A stretch of 64,000 nt of DNA, from contig CAWEPK010000009.1 in NCBI GenBank assembly GCA_963810935.1, positions 312,562 to 376,561 on the forward strand, written 5' to 3'. The translations under genes were made by a program, and so were the position numbers. Source of the stretch: an uncultured delta proteobacterium (GTDB lineage Bacteria > Desulfobacterota > Syntrophorhabdia > Syntrophorhabdales > WCHB1-27). The notes beneath the pieces were generated by a model, which saw only the letters and a list, made by a program, of their open reading frames with translations, made no database searches and was not told the DNA's origin. This document shows, piece after piece, positions 9,571 to 19,641 of this stretch. The first letter of the stretch is position 1. Every line of letters begins with the position of its first letter.

Positions 9571-11566
9571 ATGAGCGAATACAGGATCACCTTCCTTCCG
9601 ATGGAAAGAACCTTCCCCGCCGGGGAAAACGAGACGGTCCTCGAAGTGGCGATGAGGAGCGGCATACACATCAACGCAAGCTGCGGCGGTAACGGGGCGT
9701 GCGGGAAGTGCAGGATCGAGGTGCGAGCTGGTAAGGCAGACTCGCAGAGCCATCCAAAAATATCGAACCGGGAATACGATGAGGGCGTGCGCCTCGCCTG
9801 CATGACCCGGGCCCGGAGCGACCTGATCGTAGAAATACCTTTCGAGTCCCAGGTAGACAGGGCAGCGCTCAAAAAGAGAAGGCCTCCCCATATCCTTTCG
9901 GCGGTCGACGTCGACCGCCTCGTGAAAGACTGGTCGGTCGACCCGCCGGTCTTCAAGAAGTACGTCGAGCTCCCACTGCCTTCCGCACACGACAATATCA
10001 ACGACCTCGACAGGCTGACCAGGGAGACTGCGTAAAACGCACAGGATGAAAGAAGTCTCGGTCGATTTCAGGATGCTCAAGAAGCTTTCAGCGGTCCTGC
10101 GGGCCGCTAAGTGGTGCGCTACCGTAACAATCGCGCTCACAGGGAAAGGCTATACGCTGATCAACATCGAGCCCGGCAACACGGAGGAGCTGAACTACTC
10201 CATCGCGATCGACATAGGGACCACCACGGTATGCGGCCAGCTACTCGACCTGGCGCGCTGCAAAACCTATGGCCGTCCGGGGGGCGTGGAGGGCACGCAG
10301 GTGTGCACCCTGGCAGAGACTGCCGATTACAACGCCCAGATAAGCTATGGAGAAGACGTCATCACCAGGATCGTCTTTTCCCAGAAGGGCGAAGGCCTGA
10401 AAAGGCTCCAGGAGGTGGTCGTCTCCACCATCAACGGCGTCATCGGCGAGCTTCTGTCGATGAGCGGCGTTTCGGCCGATCGGGTGTCCCATCTAGTTTT
10501 AGCGGGCAATACCACGATGACCCACCTGGTCCTCGGCCTCGACCCCAAGTACATCATGCTCGACCCCTACACGCCGACCGCCAATTTTATCCCTCCCGTA
10601 CGGGCCGTCGATATCGGCCTGAACGTCAAAGACCACGTGTTTACGTACATATTCCCATGCGTGGCCTCATACGTCGGCGGGGATATAGTGGCGGGAGTTC
10701 TCGGCTCCGGCGTCTTTCAGAGAGAGGAGGTCACGCTTTTCATCGACGTAGGGACCAACGGCGAGATTGTGGTGGGCAACAAGGACTGGTTGACCTGCAC
10801 CTCATGCTCGGCCGGGCCTGCCTTCGAAGGCGGCGGGATCAAGTTCGGCATGAGGGCGGGCAAAGGGGCCATTGAGCAGGTGAAGATCAATCCATCGACC
10901 TGCGAGCCGATGATCCTGACCATCGGGAGGGAGCAGCCGGCGGGCATCTGCGGGTCTGGGCTTATAGACGCGGTCGCCGAGCTTTTCGAGGCGGGCGTGA
11001 TAGACCAGAACGGGAAGTTCGACCGGGAGCTTCCCACGGGTCGGGTCAGACAGGGAGAAAGCGGGTGGGAATACGTTCTCAGCTACGCTGCCGAGAGCCG
11101 CATCGGAAGGGACATAGTCCTGACGGAAGTCGATCTCGACAACCTGATACGGGCAAAAGCCGCGATCTATGCCGGCTGCAAGACACTTCTCGACAGCGTG
11201 GGGCTTGCCTTCGAGGACGTCCAGCGGGTGATCATAGCAGGCGGGTTCGGACACTCGGTCGATCTGGAGAAGGCCCAGACCATCGGCCTTTTGCCCGACG
11301 TTGCCCCGGAAAAGTTCCTCTTCGTGGGGAACGGTTCTCTGCTGGGGGCACGGCTGCTTTCATTTTCGCGCGACCTGTTGAAGGAGGCGGAGCGGATAGC
11401 CAGGACGATGACAAATGTCGAGCTGTCGAACAACCCGGGCTTCATGGATGAGTTCGTTGCGGCGCTTTTCATTCCGCACACGAACGAAAGCGCCTTTCCC
11501 CGCGTGACGGAACAGTTGCGCAACAGGAAGGGGCAGAACAAAAACCTGAAGGACGACGCGCCCTAA
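9571..11566 (+). CDS. ASKHA-type reductive activator of corrinoid proteins (RACo/AcsV/RamA-like) with N-terminal 2Fe-2S domain; +1 frameshift near 10027
   Basis: CGGNGACGKC...RLAC ferredoxin; DIGTTTV, YGEDVITRI, SYVGGDIVAG, DVGTNGE, SAGPAFEG, GICGSG, AGGFG; ORFs 9571-10035 and 10046-11566 join as DLDRLTRE/LRKTHRMK. Confidence 0.9.
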
Positions 11567-11772
11567 AGGTCCAGCTTCTCGATCTGCTCTTTGAGTGTCT
11601 CAATGTCGGTTTCTTCGAGCATGGGGCGGATCGCGTTGCGCGACCCCCGGAAAAACTGATACCTGCCCGTCGTCCTGTTCTTCCTGATATTGCCCTTGAT
11701 CGAGTCCCCCTTGCGCACTTCCAGGATCCATCCGCCCAAAGGTTCCTTGCCTATATAATCATATTTTGACAT
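11563..11772 (-). CDS. Small hypothetical protein (69 aa)
   Basis: MSKYDYIGKEPLGGWILEVRK...; GGCGGAG SD-like sequence before ATG; fills the gap between genes. Confidence 0.6.
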   Translation of the reverse strand: MSKYDYIGKEPLGGWILEVRKGDSIKGNIRKNRTTGRYQFFRGSRNAIRPMLEETDIETLKEQIEKLDL

Positions 11773-11821
11773 GATCTCCGCCCAGCCTGCCTTTTTTGCG
11801 TTCTGCCGTGGTCCCCTTCGG

Positions 11822-12616
11822 TTACCGGCCCTTCCCCGAAAAAAGCGATTCGACGAGCCACCCGAGCCGGTGCAGGCGACGGCGAGCGCCCCCCCGGCCC
11901 ACGCACCCACTCAGGTCGCAGCCGGAAAGGCGCCTGTATTCTTCTACGAATAGGGCCTTTTCCGCTCCGTCCACCGCCTGCCGGCCCTGCCATACCATTT
12001 TGTCCGCGAAGCGAAAGAGCCGACCAACCATCGATTCGACATCCCTTTGCGATAATTCCTTCCTGGCGGCCCTGTCGAAGTCGAGAAGCATGAGAGCTTT
12101 CGCCTTCGTGACGAGCACGTTCTGGAAATGGAGGTCTCGATGATAGACGCCCGCCTGCTCCATTTGCCGCAGAATCCGGGCAAGGTCCTGCATCGCGTGC
12201 GCCCTTTCGTCTTTCCCGGCCGTTTTCAGGTACTCGAGAAGGTTTACGGCGCCCTCTTCAAAAAACGTAACCAGATACAGCCTCTTGAAAAGGAAACGCC
12301 TTTCAGTAACCGCGGCAAAAGGGGCCGGCACCGGGACGCCGCGTTCGAGGAGGTGCGCCAGCGTCTCGCCCTCGGATATCGCGCGGCGTGAGTCGAGGAA
12401 AAGGCTGCCTGTAAAGGCCCGGAAAAGCCCGCCGTGCCTGTATGCCCGCACGGCCAGCTTGCGGCCGGCCGCTTCCATGACCCTTATGCCGCCCCTGCCG
12501 CCCGCATCTACCGCCTCCGATTCAAAAAGCCCCCGGACGAGCGCGTCCGGCTCGACAAACGAAGAAAAATAGAAGATCGTGAACCGCCCGGCCTCTCTTT
12601 TTTCGGATGGCGCCAT
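11822..12616 (-). CDS. Lipopolysaccharide kinase, Kdo/WaaP family (KdkA-like)
   Basis: VRAYRHGGLF, GVPVPAP, GVYHRDLHFQNVL, LLDFDRA kinase motifs. Confidence 0.8.
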   Translation of the reverse strand: MAPSEKREAGRFTIFYFSSFVEPDALVRGLFESEAVDAGGRGGIRVMEAAGRKLAVRAYRHGGLFRAFTGSLFLDSRRAISEGETLAHLLERGVPVPAPFAAVTERRFLFKRLYLVTFFEEGAVNLLEYLKTAGKDERAHAMQDLARILRQMEQAGVYHRDLHFQNVLVTKAKALMLLDFDRAARKELSQRDVESMVGRLFRFADKMVWQGRQAVDGAEKALFVEEYRRLSGCDLSGCVGRGGARRRLHRLGWLVESLFSGKGR

Positions 12617-12696
12617 CTGATCAACAGTCTAAACAATCCCGCCTGTTTTTTCTATATGAATGGGGCTTACCCGGCTCTCATGCACGACTTTCGGCC

Positions 12697-12731
12697 AAAA
12701 AAGAAGGGCCGCTTGAGTTGAGCGGCCCTTC
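12697..12731 (-). terminator. Intrinsic terminator of acs
   Basis: 11-bp stem GAAGGGCCGCT/AGCGGCCCTTC with T-run on the minus strand. Confidence 0.8.
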
Positions 12732-12755
12732 CCTACTGTATGCGTTATTGTGTAG

Positions 12756-14768
12756 TTACTTTATCCTGTTCTCCACGATCTCCGTGACGACGGAAGGATC
12801 GGCCAGCGTGCTCGTATCGCCCAGCTCATCGAGGGCGCCCGATGCAACCTTCCTCAGAATCCTTCTCATGATCTTGCCCGACCTCGTCTTCGGCAGGCCC
12901 GGGACGAACTGAAGCTTGCCGGGGGAAGCGATGGGGCCGATCTCTTTTCTTACGTGTGCAACGAGTGCCTTACGCAGCTCGTCGTTCCCCGTCTGGCCCA
13001 ACTTCAGGATGACGTAGGCGTACAGGTCCTCACCCTTCACGTCGTGCGGGAAGCCGACAACAGCCGCTTCCGCAACGGCCGGATGGGAGACCAGGGCGCT
13101 TTCGACCTCGGCCGTCCCGATGCGGTGGCCGGATACGTTCACAACGTCGTCCACGCGGCCGAGGAGCCAGAAGTAGCCGTCCTCGTCTCTCCTGGCGCCG
13201 TCGCCGGAGAAATAGAAGCCGGGCTGCTGGATAAAATAGGTGGTGAAGAAGCGTTCCGGGTCCTTATAGACGCCCCTCATGATACCGGGCCACGACCTTC
13301 TGATGCAAAGCTCGCCGCCTTCATTCACGCCTGCCTCAACGGCCGGGCTGTCGGCGGAAGACCTGGGCTTCAAAACTACTGCATCGACGCCGAAGAACGG
13401 CAGCGTCGCAGAGCCCGGTTTCGTCGGCCATGCGCCGGGAAGCGGAGCGATCAGGTGGCCGCCGGTCTCCGTCTGCCACCATGTGTCGGCAATCGGGCAC
13501 TTCTCTTTTCCGATGTTCTTGTGATACCACATCCAGGCTTCAGGGTTGATCGGCTCGCCCACTGAGGCAAGGAGCCGGAGCGACGAGAGGTCTCTCTTGG
13601 CCGGCCACTGATCGCCCTCTCTCATTAGTGCCCTGATGGCTGTCGGGGCGGTATAGAAGATGTTGACCTTGAACTTCTCGACGATCTGCCAGAACCTGTC
13701 AGGCTGCGGGTAGGTAGGCACTGACTCGAATATGATCGAGGTGCCTCCATTGCAGAGCGGGCCGTAGACCACGTAGCTGTGGCCCGTAACCCAGCCGATG
13801 TCCGCAGTACAGAAATAGACGTCCTGGGGCTTGTAATCGAATACATATTTTACCGTCGCATAGGCGAATACCATGTAGCCGCCCGTCGTGTGGAGGACGC
13901 CTTTCGGTTTCCCCGTGGAGCCCGAGGTGTAGAGGATAAACAGAGGATCTTCCGCATCCATCTGCTCGGCCGGGCATACGTCGCTGATGTCGGAAGCCGA
14001 TATCTCGTCTTCCCACCACGTGTCCCTGCCGGCCTTCATCGGCACTTCAAAACCTTCGAGCCTCTTGACGACGATCACGTCCTTTAACGGGTTCCCCTGC
14101 TTCTCGCAAAGGTCGCAGGCCGTATCCGCGCTCGCCTTTGAGCTTACGTGTTTTCCTGAGCGCCAGTAACCGTTGGTTGTAACAAGAAGGGTCGCGCCGG
14201 CGTCTAAAATCCTGTCCCTCAAGGCTTCCGCCGAGAAACCGCCGAAGACGATCGTATGGATTGCGCCGATCCTTGCACACGCCATCATGGCGACGGCCAG
14301 CTCCGCAATCATGGGCATGTAAATGGCGACCCTGTCGCCTTTCTTTACGCCCTTCTTCTTAAGGACATTGGCGAACCTGCTTACCTGCTTAAGCAGCTCT
14401 TTATACGTGATCTTCTTCACATCCTCGTCGGGCTCTCCCTGGAAGATGATGGCTACCTTGTCGCCGTAACCTTTCTCTATCTGATAGTCGAGGCAGTTGT
14501 AACTGATGTTCGTTTTGCCGTTGATGAACCACTTGATGTCGCCCTTCGCAAAATTTTCCTCGTTAACCTTGTCCCACTTCTTGAACCAGTGCAGCTCCTC
14601 TGCGAGGGGCCCCCAGAACTTTTCCGGGGTTTCGACGGACTCTTTCCACATCTTCTCGTACTGTTCCCTGCTCTTCACGTACGCCTGCTTGACGAACTCC
14701 GGTGACGGCGGAAACCGCCGCGTCTCCTCCATCATGCTGGTAATTGTGCCGCTTTTCTCGTCAGCCAT
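12756..14768 (-). CDS. acs: Acetyl-CoA synthetase (AMP-forming)
   Basis: YTSGSTGKPKG, DTWWQTETGG, GRVDDVVNVSGHR, LPKTRSGKIMRR; start MADEKS after SD GAAGGAG. Confidence 0.96.
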   Translation of the reverse strand: MADEKSGTITSMMEETRRFPPSPEFVKQAYVKSREQYEKMWKESVETPEKFWGPLAEELHWFKKWDKVNEENFAKGDIKWFINGKTNISYNCLDYQIEKGYGDKVAIIFQGEPDEDVKKITYKELLKQVSRFANVLKKKGVKKGDRVAIYMPMIAELAVAMMACARIGAIHTIVFGGFSAEALRDRILDAGATLLVTTNGYWRSGKHVSSKASADTACDLCEKQGNPLKDVIVVKRLEGFEVPMKAGRDTWWEDEISASDISDVCPAEQMDAEDPLFILYTSGSTGKPKGVLHTTGGYMVFAYATVKYVFDYKPQDVYFCTADIGWVTGHSYVVYGPLCNGGTSIIFESVPTYPQPDRFWQIVEKFKVNIFYTAPTAIRALMREGDQWPAKRDLSSLRLLASVGEPINPEAWMWYHKNIGKEKCPIADTWWQTETGGHLIAPLPGAWPTKPGSATLPFFGVDAVVLKPRSSADSPAVEAGVNEGGELCIRRSWPGIMRGVYKDPERFFTTYFIQQPGFYFSGDGARRDEDGYFWLLGRVDDVVNVSGHRIGTAEVESALVSHPAVAEAAVVGFPHDVKGEDLYAYVILKLGQTGNDELRKALVAHVRKEIGPIASPGKLQFVPGLPKTRSGKIMRRILRKVASGALDELGDTSTLADPSVVTEIVENRIK

Positions 14769-14934
14769 ATAAAGTTCTCCTTCTATTGATGGTTTTTGGG
14801 TAACAACTTTGTGAGGAGGCCCCGACCCCCGTGCATAGTGTGCTTCGAAAATAAGCCCTTTGTCAACATAATTGTGCCTAATCTCACAAGCTTTTCGAAA
14901 AGTAGCCCTCCGCCCGGCGATTTGCCAATTTGCC

Positions 14935-14964
14935 TTGACAGGGGCCGTCCCGGACGGGTATACT
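14935..14964 (+). promoter_or_regulatory. sigma70-type promoter of rpmB
   Basis: TTGACA-18 bp-TATACT. Confidence 0.65.
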
Positions 14965-15019
14965 TTATGTTCATTACTCAAGCAACGGAAGTTATTTCAG
15001 GAGAAGAGCGGAGTTTATT

Positions 15020-15211
15020 ATGGCCAGAGTTTGTGACATATGCGGGAAGGGCAAGCAGATCGGCAACAACGTCAGCCATGCGAATAACAAGACGAAGAGG
15101 CAGTGGCTCCCCAACCTGCAGACGGTGAGGATCGTGAAGGACGGCGCCACGAAGAAGGCGTCTGTCTGCACAAAGTGTATAAAGAAGGGGTTCGTCCAGA
15201 AATCCGCCTAG
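15020..15211 (+). CDS. rpmB: 50S ribosomal protein L28 (zinc-binding C+ type)
   Basis: [10 protein letters not shown]...[20 protein letters not shown]...VCTKCIK. Confidence 0.97.
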   Translation: MARVCDICGKGKQIGNNVSHANNKTKRQWLPNLQTVRIVKDGATKKASVCTKCIKKGFVQKSA

Positions 15212-17352
15212 CCGCCCGTGCTCCTCAGCCGGTCGACCGACTTCACCCCTTTCAGCTTCAATATCGATTTCACGATTTTTTGTAACTGAGAAGCGTTCTG
15301 GATCTCTATCTCGAAAATGCTCGTCGCCGATTTGTCGGGCGACGTGGTGATCCGGGCGCTCACGATGTTGGCCTTGCTTGCCGAAATGCTCGAGCTTATG
15401 TCGGACAGAAGGCCCTTCTTGTCGTCCGCCGACACCCGCAGGCGCACCGCGTACGCGTAGTCCTTGTCCATCTGCCACGAGACCGCCACCTTCCTCTGCT
15501 CGTCGTACGTGTGGACGTTAGGGCACTCTTCCATATGGACGGTGAGCCCCCTTCCCCTCGTTATGAAACCCATGATCTTATCCCCGGGGATGGGGTTACA
15601 GCACTTCGCGAATTTGACGAACAGCCCGTCGATGCCCTTGATCTTGATGGCATCGTCCTTGCTTTTCGTTATCGAGCTGATCATCTTCTGGATCCTGCCC
15701 ACCTTCGGGGTCTCGGGGATGATCTTGCCCAGTATCTGCAGCGGCGTGTACAGGCCGTACCCGATTGCCGCATAAAGGTCGTCAACCGCATCGAATGAGA
15801 AGTCTTTCGCCAGCGCCTGGACATCTCCAGCCTTGAGCATGGCGGGCAGGCTGAAATCATGCTTGGCCAGCTCCTTTTCCAGGAGCGTGCGGCCCAGGTC
15901 GATGCTCTGCTCCCTCTGCTCCTCCTTCACCCACTGGCGTATCTTGGACCGTGCCTTCGAGCTGACGACGAACTTCAGCCAATCTTTGCTCGGCTTATGC
16001 GTGGGGTTCGTCAGGATATCTATGGTATCCCCGCTTTTGAGGGGCGTCCGAAGCGGCACGAGCCGGCCGTTCACCTTTGCGCCAACGCACTTGTGGCCCA
16101 GCGCGGAATGGATCGAATATGCGAAATCGACTGCCGTCGCCCCCTTGGGAAGCTCCTTCACGTCCCCTTTCGGCGTGAAGACGTATATCTCGTCGGGGAA
16201 TAGGTCGATCTTGACGCTTTCAAGGAACTCCTTGTCGTCCTTCAGTTCCTCGTGCTGCTCGATGATCTGCCGTAAGGGGGCGAACATCCTGTCTTCTTTC
16301 GGGTCAAAGACCTTGCCCTCCTTGTACTTCCAGTGGGCCGCGATCCCCTCCTCGGCCACCTTGTGCATCTCGTGCGTCCTGATCTGCACCTCGATTTTTT
16401 CGCCGTAAGGACCGATGACCGCCGTGTGGAGCGACTGGTACATGTTCGCCTTCGGCAGCGCTATGTAGTCTTTGAATTTACCGGGTATGGGCTTGAATAG
16501 ATCGTGGCCGTGGATGTAGCCCAGGGCCTCGTAACACTCCTTCTCCGTGTCTACCGTCACCCTGAACGCGGTAAGGTCGTAAAGCTGGTCTATGTTCAGG
16601 GCGTCCTGTATCGTTTTCCTGTAAATGCTGTAAAGTCTTTTGGCCCTTCCCGAAACGTGGCACGACAGGCCGACCTGGTCGAACCGCTTTTTCAGCAGTT
16701 CCTTCACCTCTTCGATGTAGGCGTCCCGCTCCCTTTTCTTTGCTGCAATATTTTCGCTTATCAGGCGGTACTCAACCGGCCTCAGGTACTTGAACGAGAG
16801 GTCTTCCAGCTCCCCCTTCATCCACTCGATGCCCAGCCGGTGCCCCAGGGGGGCGTAGATCTCAAGCGTCTCGCGCGATATCTCCGTCTGCTTCTCGGGG
16901 GAGAGGAACCTGAGGGTCTGCATGTTATGCAGGCGGTCGGCCAGCTTGATGAGGATCACCCTGATGTCCTTGCTCATGGCAAGGATCATTTTTCTTAGGC
17001 TCTCAGCGTGGGTGTCTTCGGAGCCGGACATCTTGATCCGGCTGATCTTCGTAACCCCGTCGACCAATTCGGCCACTTCTTCTCCGAAATACTCCTTCAG
17101 CTCTTCCTTGGTCAGGTAAGAGTCCTCGAGCGTGTCGTGGAGCAGCCCCGAGGCGACGGTATGGGCGTCGAGGTTCATCTTCGTCAGGATGTACGCCACC
17201 TCCAGGGGATGGATCAGGTAGGGTTCGCCCGAGAGCCTTACGGTCCCTTTGTGCGCCTTTGCGGAGACGACGTAGGCGCGCTCCAGCATGTCAACGTCCG
17301 CCTGGGCGTTGTACTTCAGGATTTCTTCCACGATATCGTTAAACCGCACCAT
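15208..17352 (-). CDS. rel: Bifunctional (p)ppGpp synthetase/hydrolase (Rel/SpoT)
   Basis: [17 protein letters not shown] (intact HD), [42 protein letters not shown]; start MVRFND. Confidence 0.95.
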   Translation of the reverse strand: MVRFNDIVEEILKYNAQADVDMLERAYVVSAKAHKGTVRLSGEPYLIHPLEVAYILTKMNLDAHTVASGLLHDTLEDSYLTKEELKEYFGEEVAELVDGVTKISRIKMSGSEDTHAESLRKMILAMSKDIRVILIKLADRLHNMQTLRFLSPEKQTEISRETLEIYAPLGHRLGIEWMKGELEDLSFKYLRPVEYRLISENIAAKKRERDAYIEEVKELLKKRFDQVGLSCHVSGRAKRLYSIYRKTIQDALNIDQLYDLTAFRVTVDTEKECYEALGYIHGHDLFKPIPGKFKDYIALPKANMYQSLHTAVIGPYGEKIEVQIRTHEMHKVAEEGIAAHWKYKEGKVFDPKEDRMFAPLRQIIEQHEELKDDKEFLESVKIDLFPDEIYVFTPKGDVKELPKGATAVDFAYSIHSALGHKCVGAKVNGRLVPLRTPLKSGDTIDILTNPTHKPSKDWLKFVVSSKARSKIRQWVKEEQREQSIDLGRTLLEKELAKHDFSLPAMLKAGDVQALAKDFSFDAVDDLYAAIGYGLYTPLQILGKIIPETPKVGRIQKMISSITKSKDDAIKIKGIDGLFVKFAKCCNPIPGDKIMGFITRGRGLTVHMEECPNVHTYDEQRKVAVSWQMDKDYAYAVRLRVSADDKKGLLSDISSSISASKANIVSARITTSPDKSATSIFEIEIQNASQLQKIVKSILKLKGVKSVDRLRSTGG

Positions 17353-17469
17353 TGTACATAGTATACTATAAAATGGTCCCACCTTAGAGCAAGGCTGAGC
17401 CGGGCGGGATATGGTGTTGAAAATGCGGGGTTCTTGTGTAATACTCCTATCAACCGAGAGGAGATCGCT

Positions 17470-17832
17470 ATGACGCTGATGGACGACTTCAGGAAAAAGA
17501 CGGAAGACGGTTTGAAAACGCTCAAGGAGACCGCCGAGGGGATCGCCTTCAATGTCGAGAAACAGGCCAAAATAGCCCGGAAAAAGATGGACATCATGCG
17601 GATCCAGAGGAAGGTCCAGAAGCTTTACGGCGAGATAGGCGAGTATGTTTACGGCGAATGCGCCATGGAAAGGCAAGTATCGATGGAATCGCCTTTCCTC
17701 AATGAGAGGGTGATCGCCGTCTCTGCAATGAAGGCGGAGATCAGGGATATAGAAAACGAGATCGAAGAGACGAGGAAATCACAGCCGCCCAAGCAGGCGG
17801 ACACCTCAGGAGATGGAGAGACAAAGCCGTAA
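17470..17832 (+). CDS. Hypothetical coiled-coil protein
   Basis: SD GAGGAG then ATG; helical, charged sequence. Confidence 0.75.
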   Translation: MTLMDDFRKKTEDGLKTLKETAEGIAFNVEKQAKIARKKMDIMRIQRKVQKLYGEIGEYVYGECAMERQVSMESPFLNERVIAVSAMKAEIRDIENEIEETRKSQPPKQADTSGDGETKP

Positions 17833-17886
17833 GGCTTTTCACTCACCTGACGCATGGGCCTAAAGAAGACTGAAGGAGGTTTTTTC

Positions 17887-18126
17887 ATGGTCAGCCAGTT
17901 CAAAAACAGTCAAATGTATGTCGAATTGAGGCCCCGTTGCCCCAAATGCAAAAAAGAGTTCATTCTGGACCTGAAGAAGTTCCTGCCCGGCGCCGTGCAT
18001 AACTGCTTTTCGTGCGGCTCCGTCACGCAGTTCGACGGCACCCTCTCCGAAAAAGTGCAGGGGCTCATGCGCGAGCTCGAATCGACGGTAAATGAAGTAA
18101 TGAACAGCTTTTCGAGCGGCCGCTAA
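17887..18126 (+). CDS. Small zinc-ribbon protein
   Basis: SD AAGGAGGT; CPKC and CFSC pairs. Confidence 0.75.
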   Translation: MVSQFKNSQMYVELRPRCPKCKKEFILDLKKFLPGAVHNCFSCGSVTQFDGTLSEKVQGLMRELESTVNEVMNSFSSGR

Positions 18127-18139
18127 GGCCGCCTGGGCG

Positions 18140-19156
18140 TCACAGGTATTTTTCGCCCAGTATCTCGGCGATCTGGACGGCGTTCAAGGCCGCCCCTTTT
18201 CTGATGTTGTCGGCCACGACCCACATATTAAGGCCGTGCTCCACCGACTCGTCGCGCCTTATACGGCCGACAAATGTCTCGTCTTTGCCTGCGACATAAA
18301 TGGCCAGCGGATAGATGTTCTTTTTCGGGTCGTCGGCAACGATCACTCCGGGGGCCTTCGACAGTATCCTGCGGGCGGCATCCGGCGTAAGCTCGTTCTC
18401 GAACTCCACGTTGATCGATTCCGAGTGGCTGTAGAAAACAGGCACCCTCACCGTCGTCGCGGTCACCCTTATGCCTTTGTCCTCCATGATCTTGATCGTC
18501 TCATTGACCATCTTCATCTCTTCCTTGGTGTAAGCGTTCTCCATGAAGACATCGATATGGGGCAGGCAGTTGAACGCGATCTGGTGCGGGTAGACGCTGT
18601 GCGTTATTTCCTGGCTGGTGTAAATCGCCATAACCTGCGACTCAAGCTCGGCTATCGCCCTCTTCCCGGTGCCGGAGACGGCCTGGTACGTGGAGACGAC
18701 CACCCTCTTGATCCGCGCCGCGTCGTGGAGCGGCTTTAAAACAACCACCATCTGTATTGTCGAGCAGTTGGGGTTCGCTATAATGCCCTTCTTTTTATAC
18801 TGCTTTATGGCGTGGGCGTTCACTTCCGGCACGACGAGCGGCACGTCCGGGTCCATCCTCCAGGCGTTCGTGTTGTCGATCACTACGCAGCCGCTCGCAG
18901 CGGCAATGGGCGCGAACTTCTCGCTGACCGAGCCGCCCGCAGAGAACAGACCTATCTCGACGCCCTTGAAAGAGTCTTTCTTGAGCACCTCGACCTTCAC
19001 ATCATGACCTTTATAATTTAAGACCGTCCCGGCGCTCCGCTCGGACGCAAGCAGCTTCAGGTCCCGCACCGGGAAATTCCGCTGCTCCAGCGTCTCTATC
19101 ATCTCGTTCCCTACTGCTCCCGTGGCGCCGACCACGGCGACGTTGAATGTCTTCAT
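18140..19156 (-). CDS. asd: Aspartate-semialdehyde dehydrogenase
   Basis: VVGATGAVG, IIANPNCSTIQ, STYQAVSGTG, DNIRKGAALNAVQIAE. Confidence 0.97.
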   Translation of the reverse strand: MKTFNVAVVGATGAVGNEMIETLEQRNFPVRDLKLLASERSAGTVLNYKGHDVKVEVLKKDSFKGVEIGLFSAGGSVSEKFAPIAAASGCVVIDNTNAWRMDPDVPLVVPEVNAHAIKQYKKKGIIANPNCSTIQMVVVLKPLHDAARIKRVVVSTYQAVSGTGKRAIAELESQVMAIYTSQEITHSVYPHQIAFNCLPHIDVFMENAYTKEEMKMVNETIKIMEDKGIRVTATTVRVPVFYSHSESINVEFENELTPDAARRILSKAPGVIVADDPKKNIYPLAIYVAGKDETFVGRIRRDESVEHGLNMWVVADNIRKGAALNAVQIAEILGEKYL

Positions 19157-19641
19157 CGCCCTTCCTCCAGTTGTTTTTTCAGATGGTTCATAAGTCCGCC
19201 CTCGTTTATCAGCTCCAGCATGAACGGGGGTATCGGCTTCGAGTGCGCCTCGACGCGGGCCGTCTTGATCAGGCCGGAAGCGAGGTCCACCTCTATGGTC
19301 TCCCCCTCATCGACCGCATCGTAAATGTCCGCCTCCAGAAGCGCGAGGGCCTTATTGAAAGAGTTACGGTAGAATATGCGGGCGAAGCTCTTCGCGATAA
19401 CTACCTGTATGCCGATGGCCAAAAGGGCCACCGGGGCATGCTCCCTGGAGGAGCCGCAGCCGAAATTGGCGCCGGCCACGATAATGTCCCCCTTTTTGAC
19501 CTTTTTCGCGAAGCCGGGCGCCAGGGGCTCCATGCAGTGCTCTCCCAATACCCTGGGATCGGTATGCCCAAGGTAACGGGCGGGTATGATGATGTCCGTA
19601 TCAATGTTATCTCCGAATTTCCAGACCCTTCCGCTCAACAT
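19153..19641 (-). CDS. leuD: 3-isopropylmalate dehydratase small subunit
   Basis: [35 protein letters not shown]; start MLSGRVW. Confidence 0.93.
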   Translation of the reverse strand: MLSGRVWKFGDNIDTDIIIPARYLGHTDPRVLGEHCMEPLAPGFAKKVKKGDIIVAGANFGCGSSREHAPVALLAIGIQVVIAKSFARIFYRNSFNKALALLEADIYDAVDEGETIEVDLASGLIKTARVEAHSKPIPPFMLELINEGGLMNHLKKQLEEGR

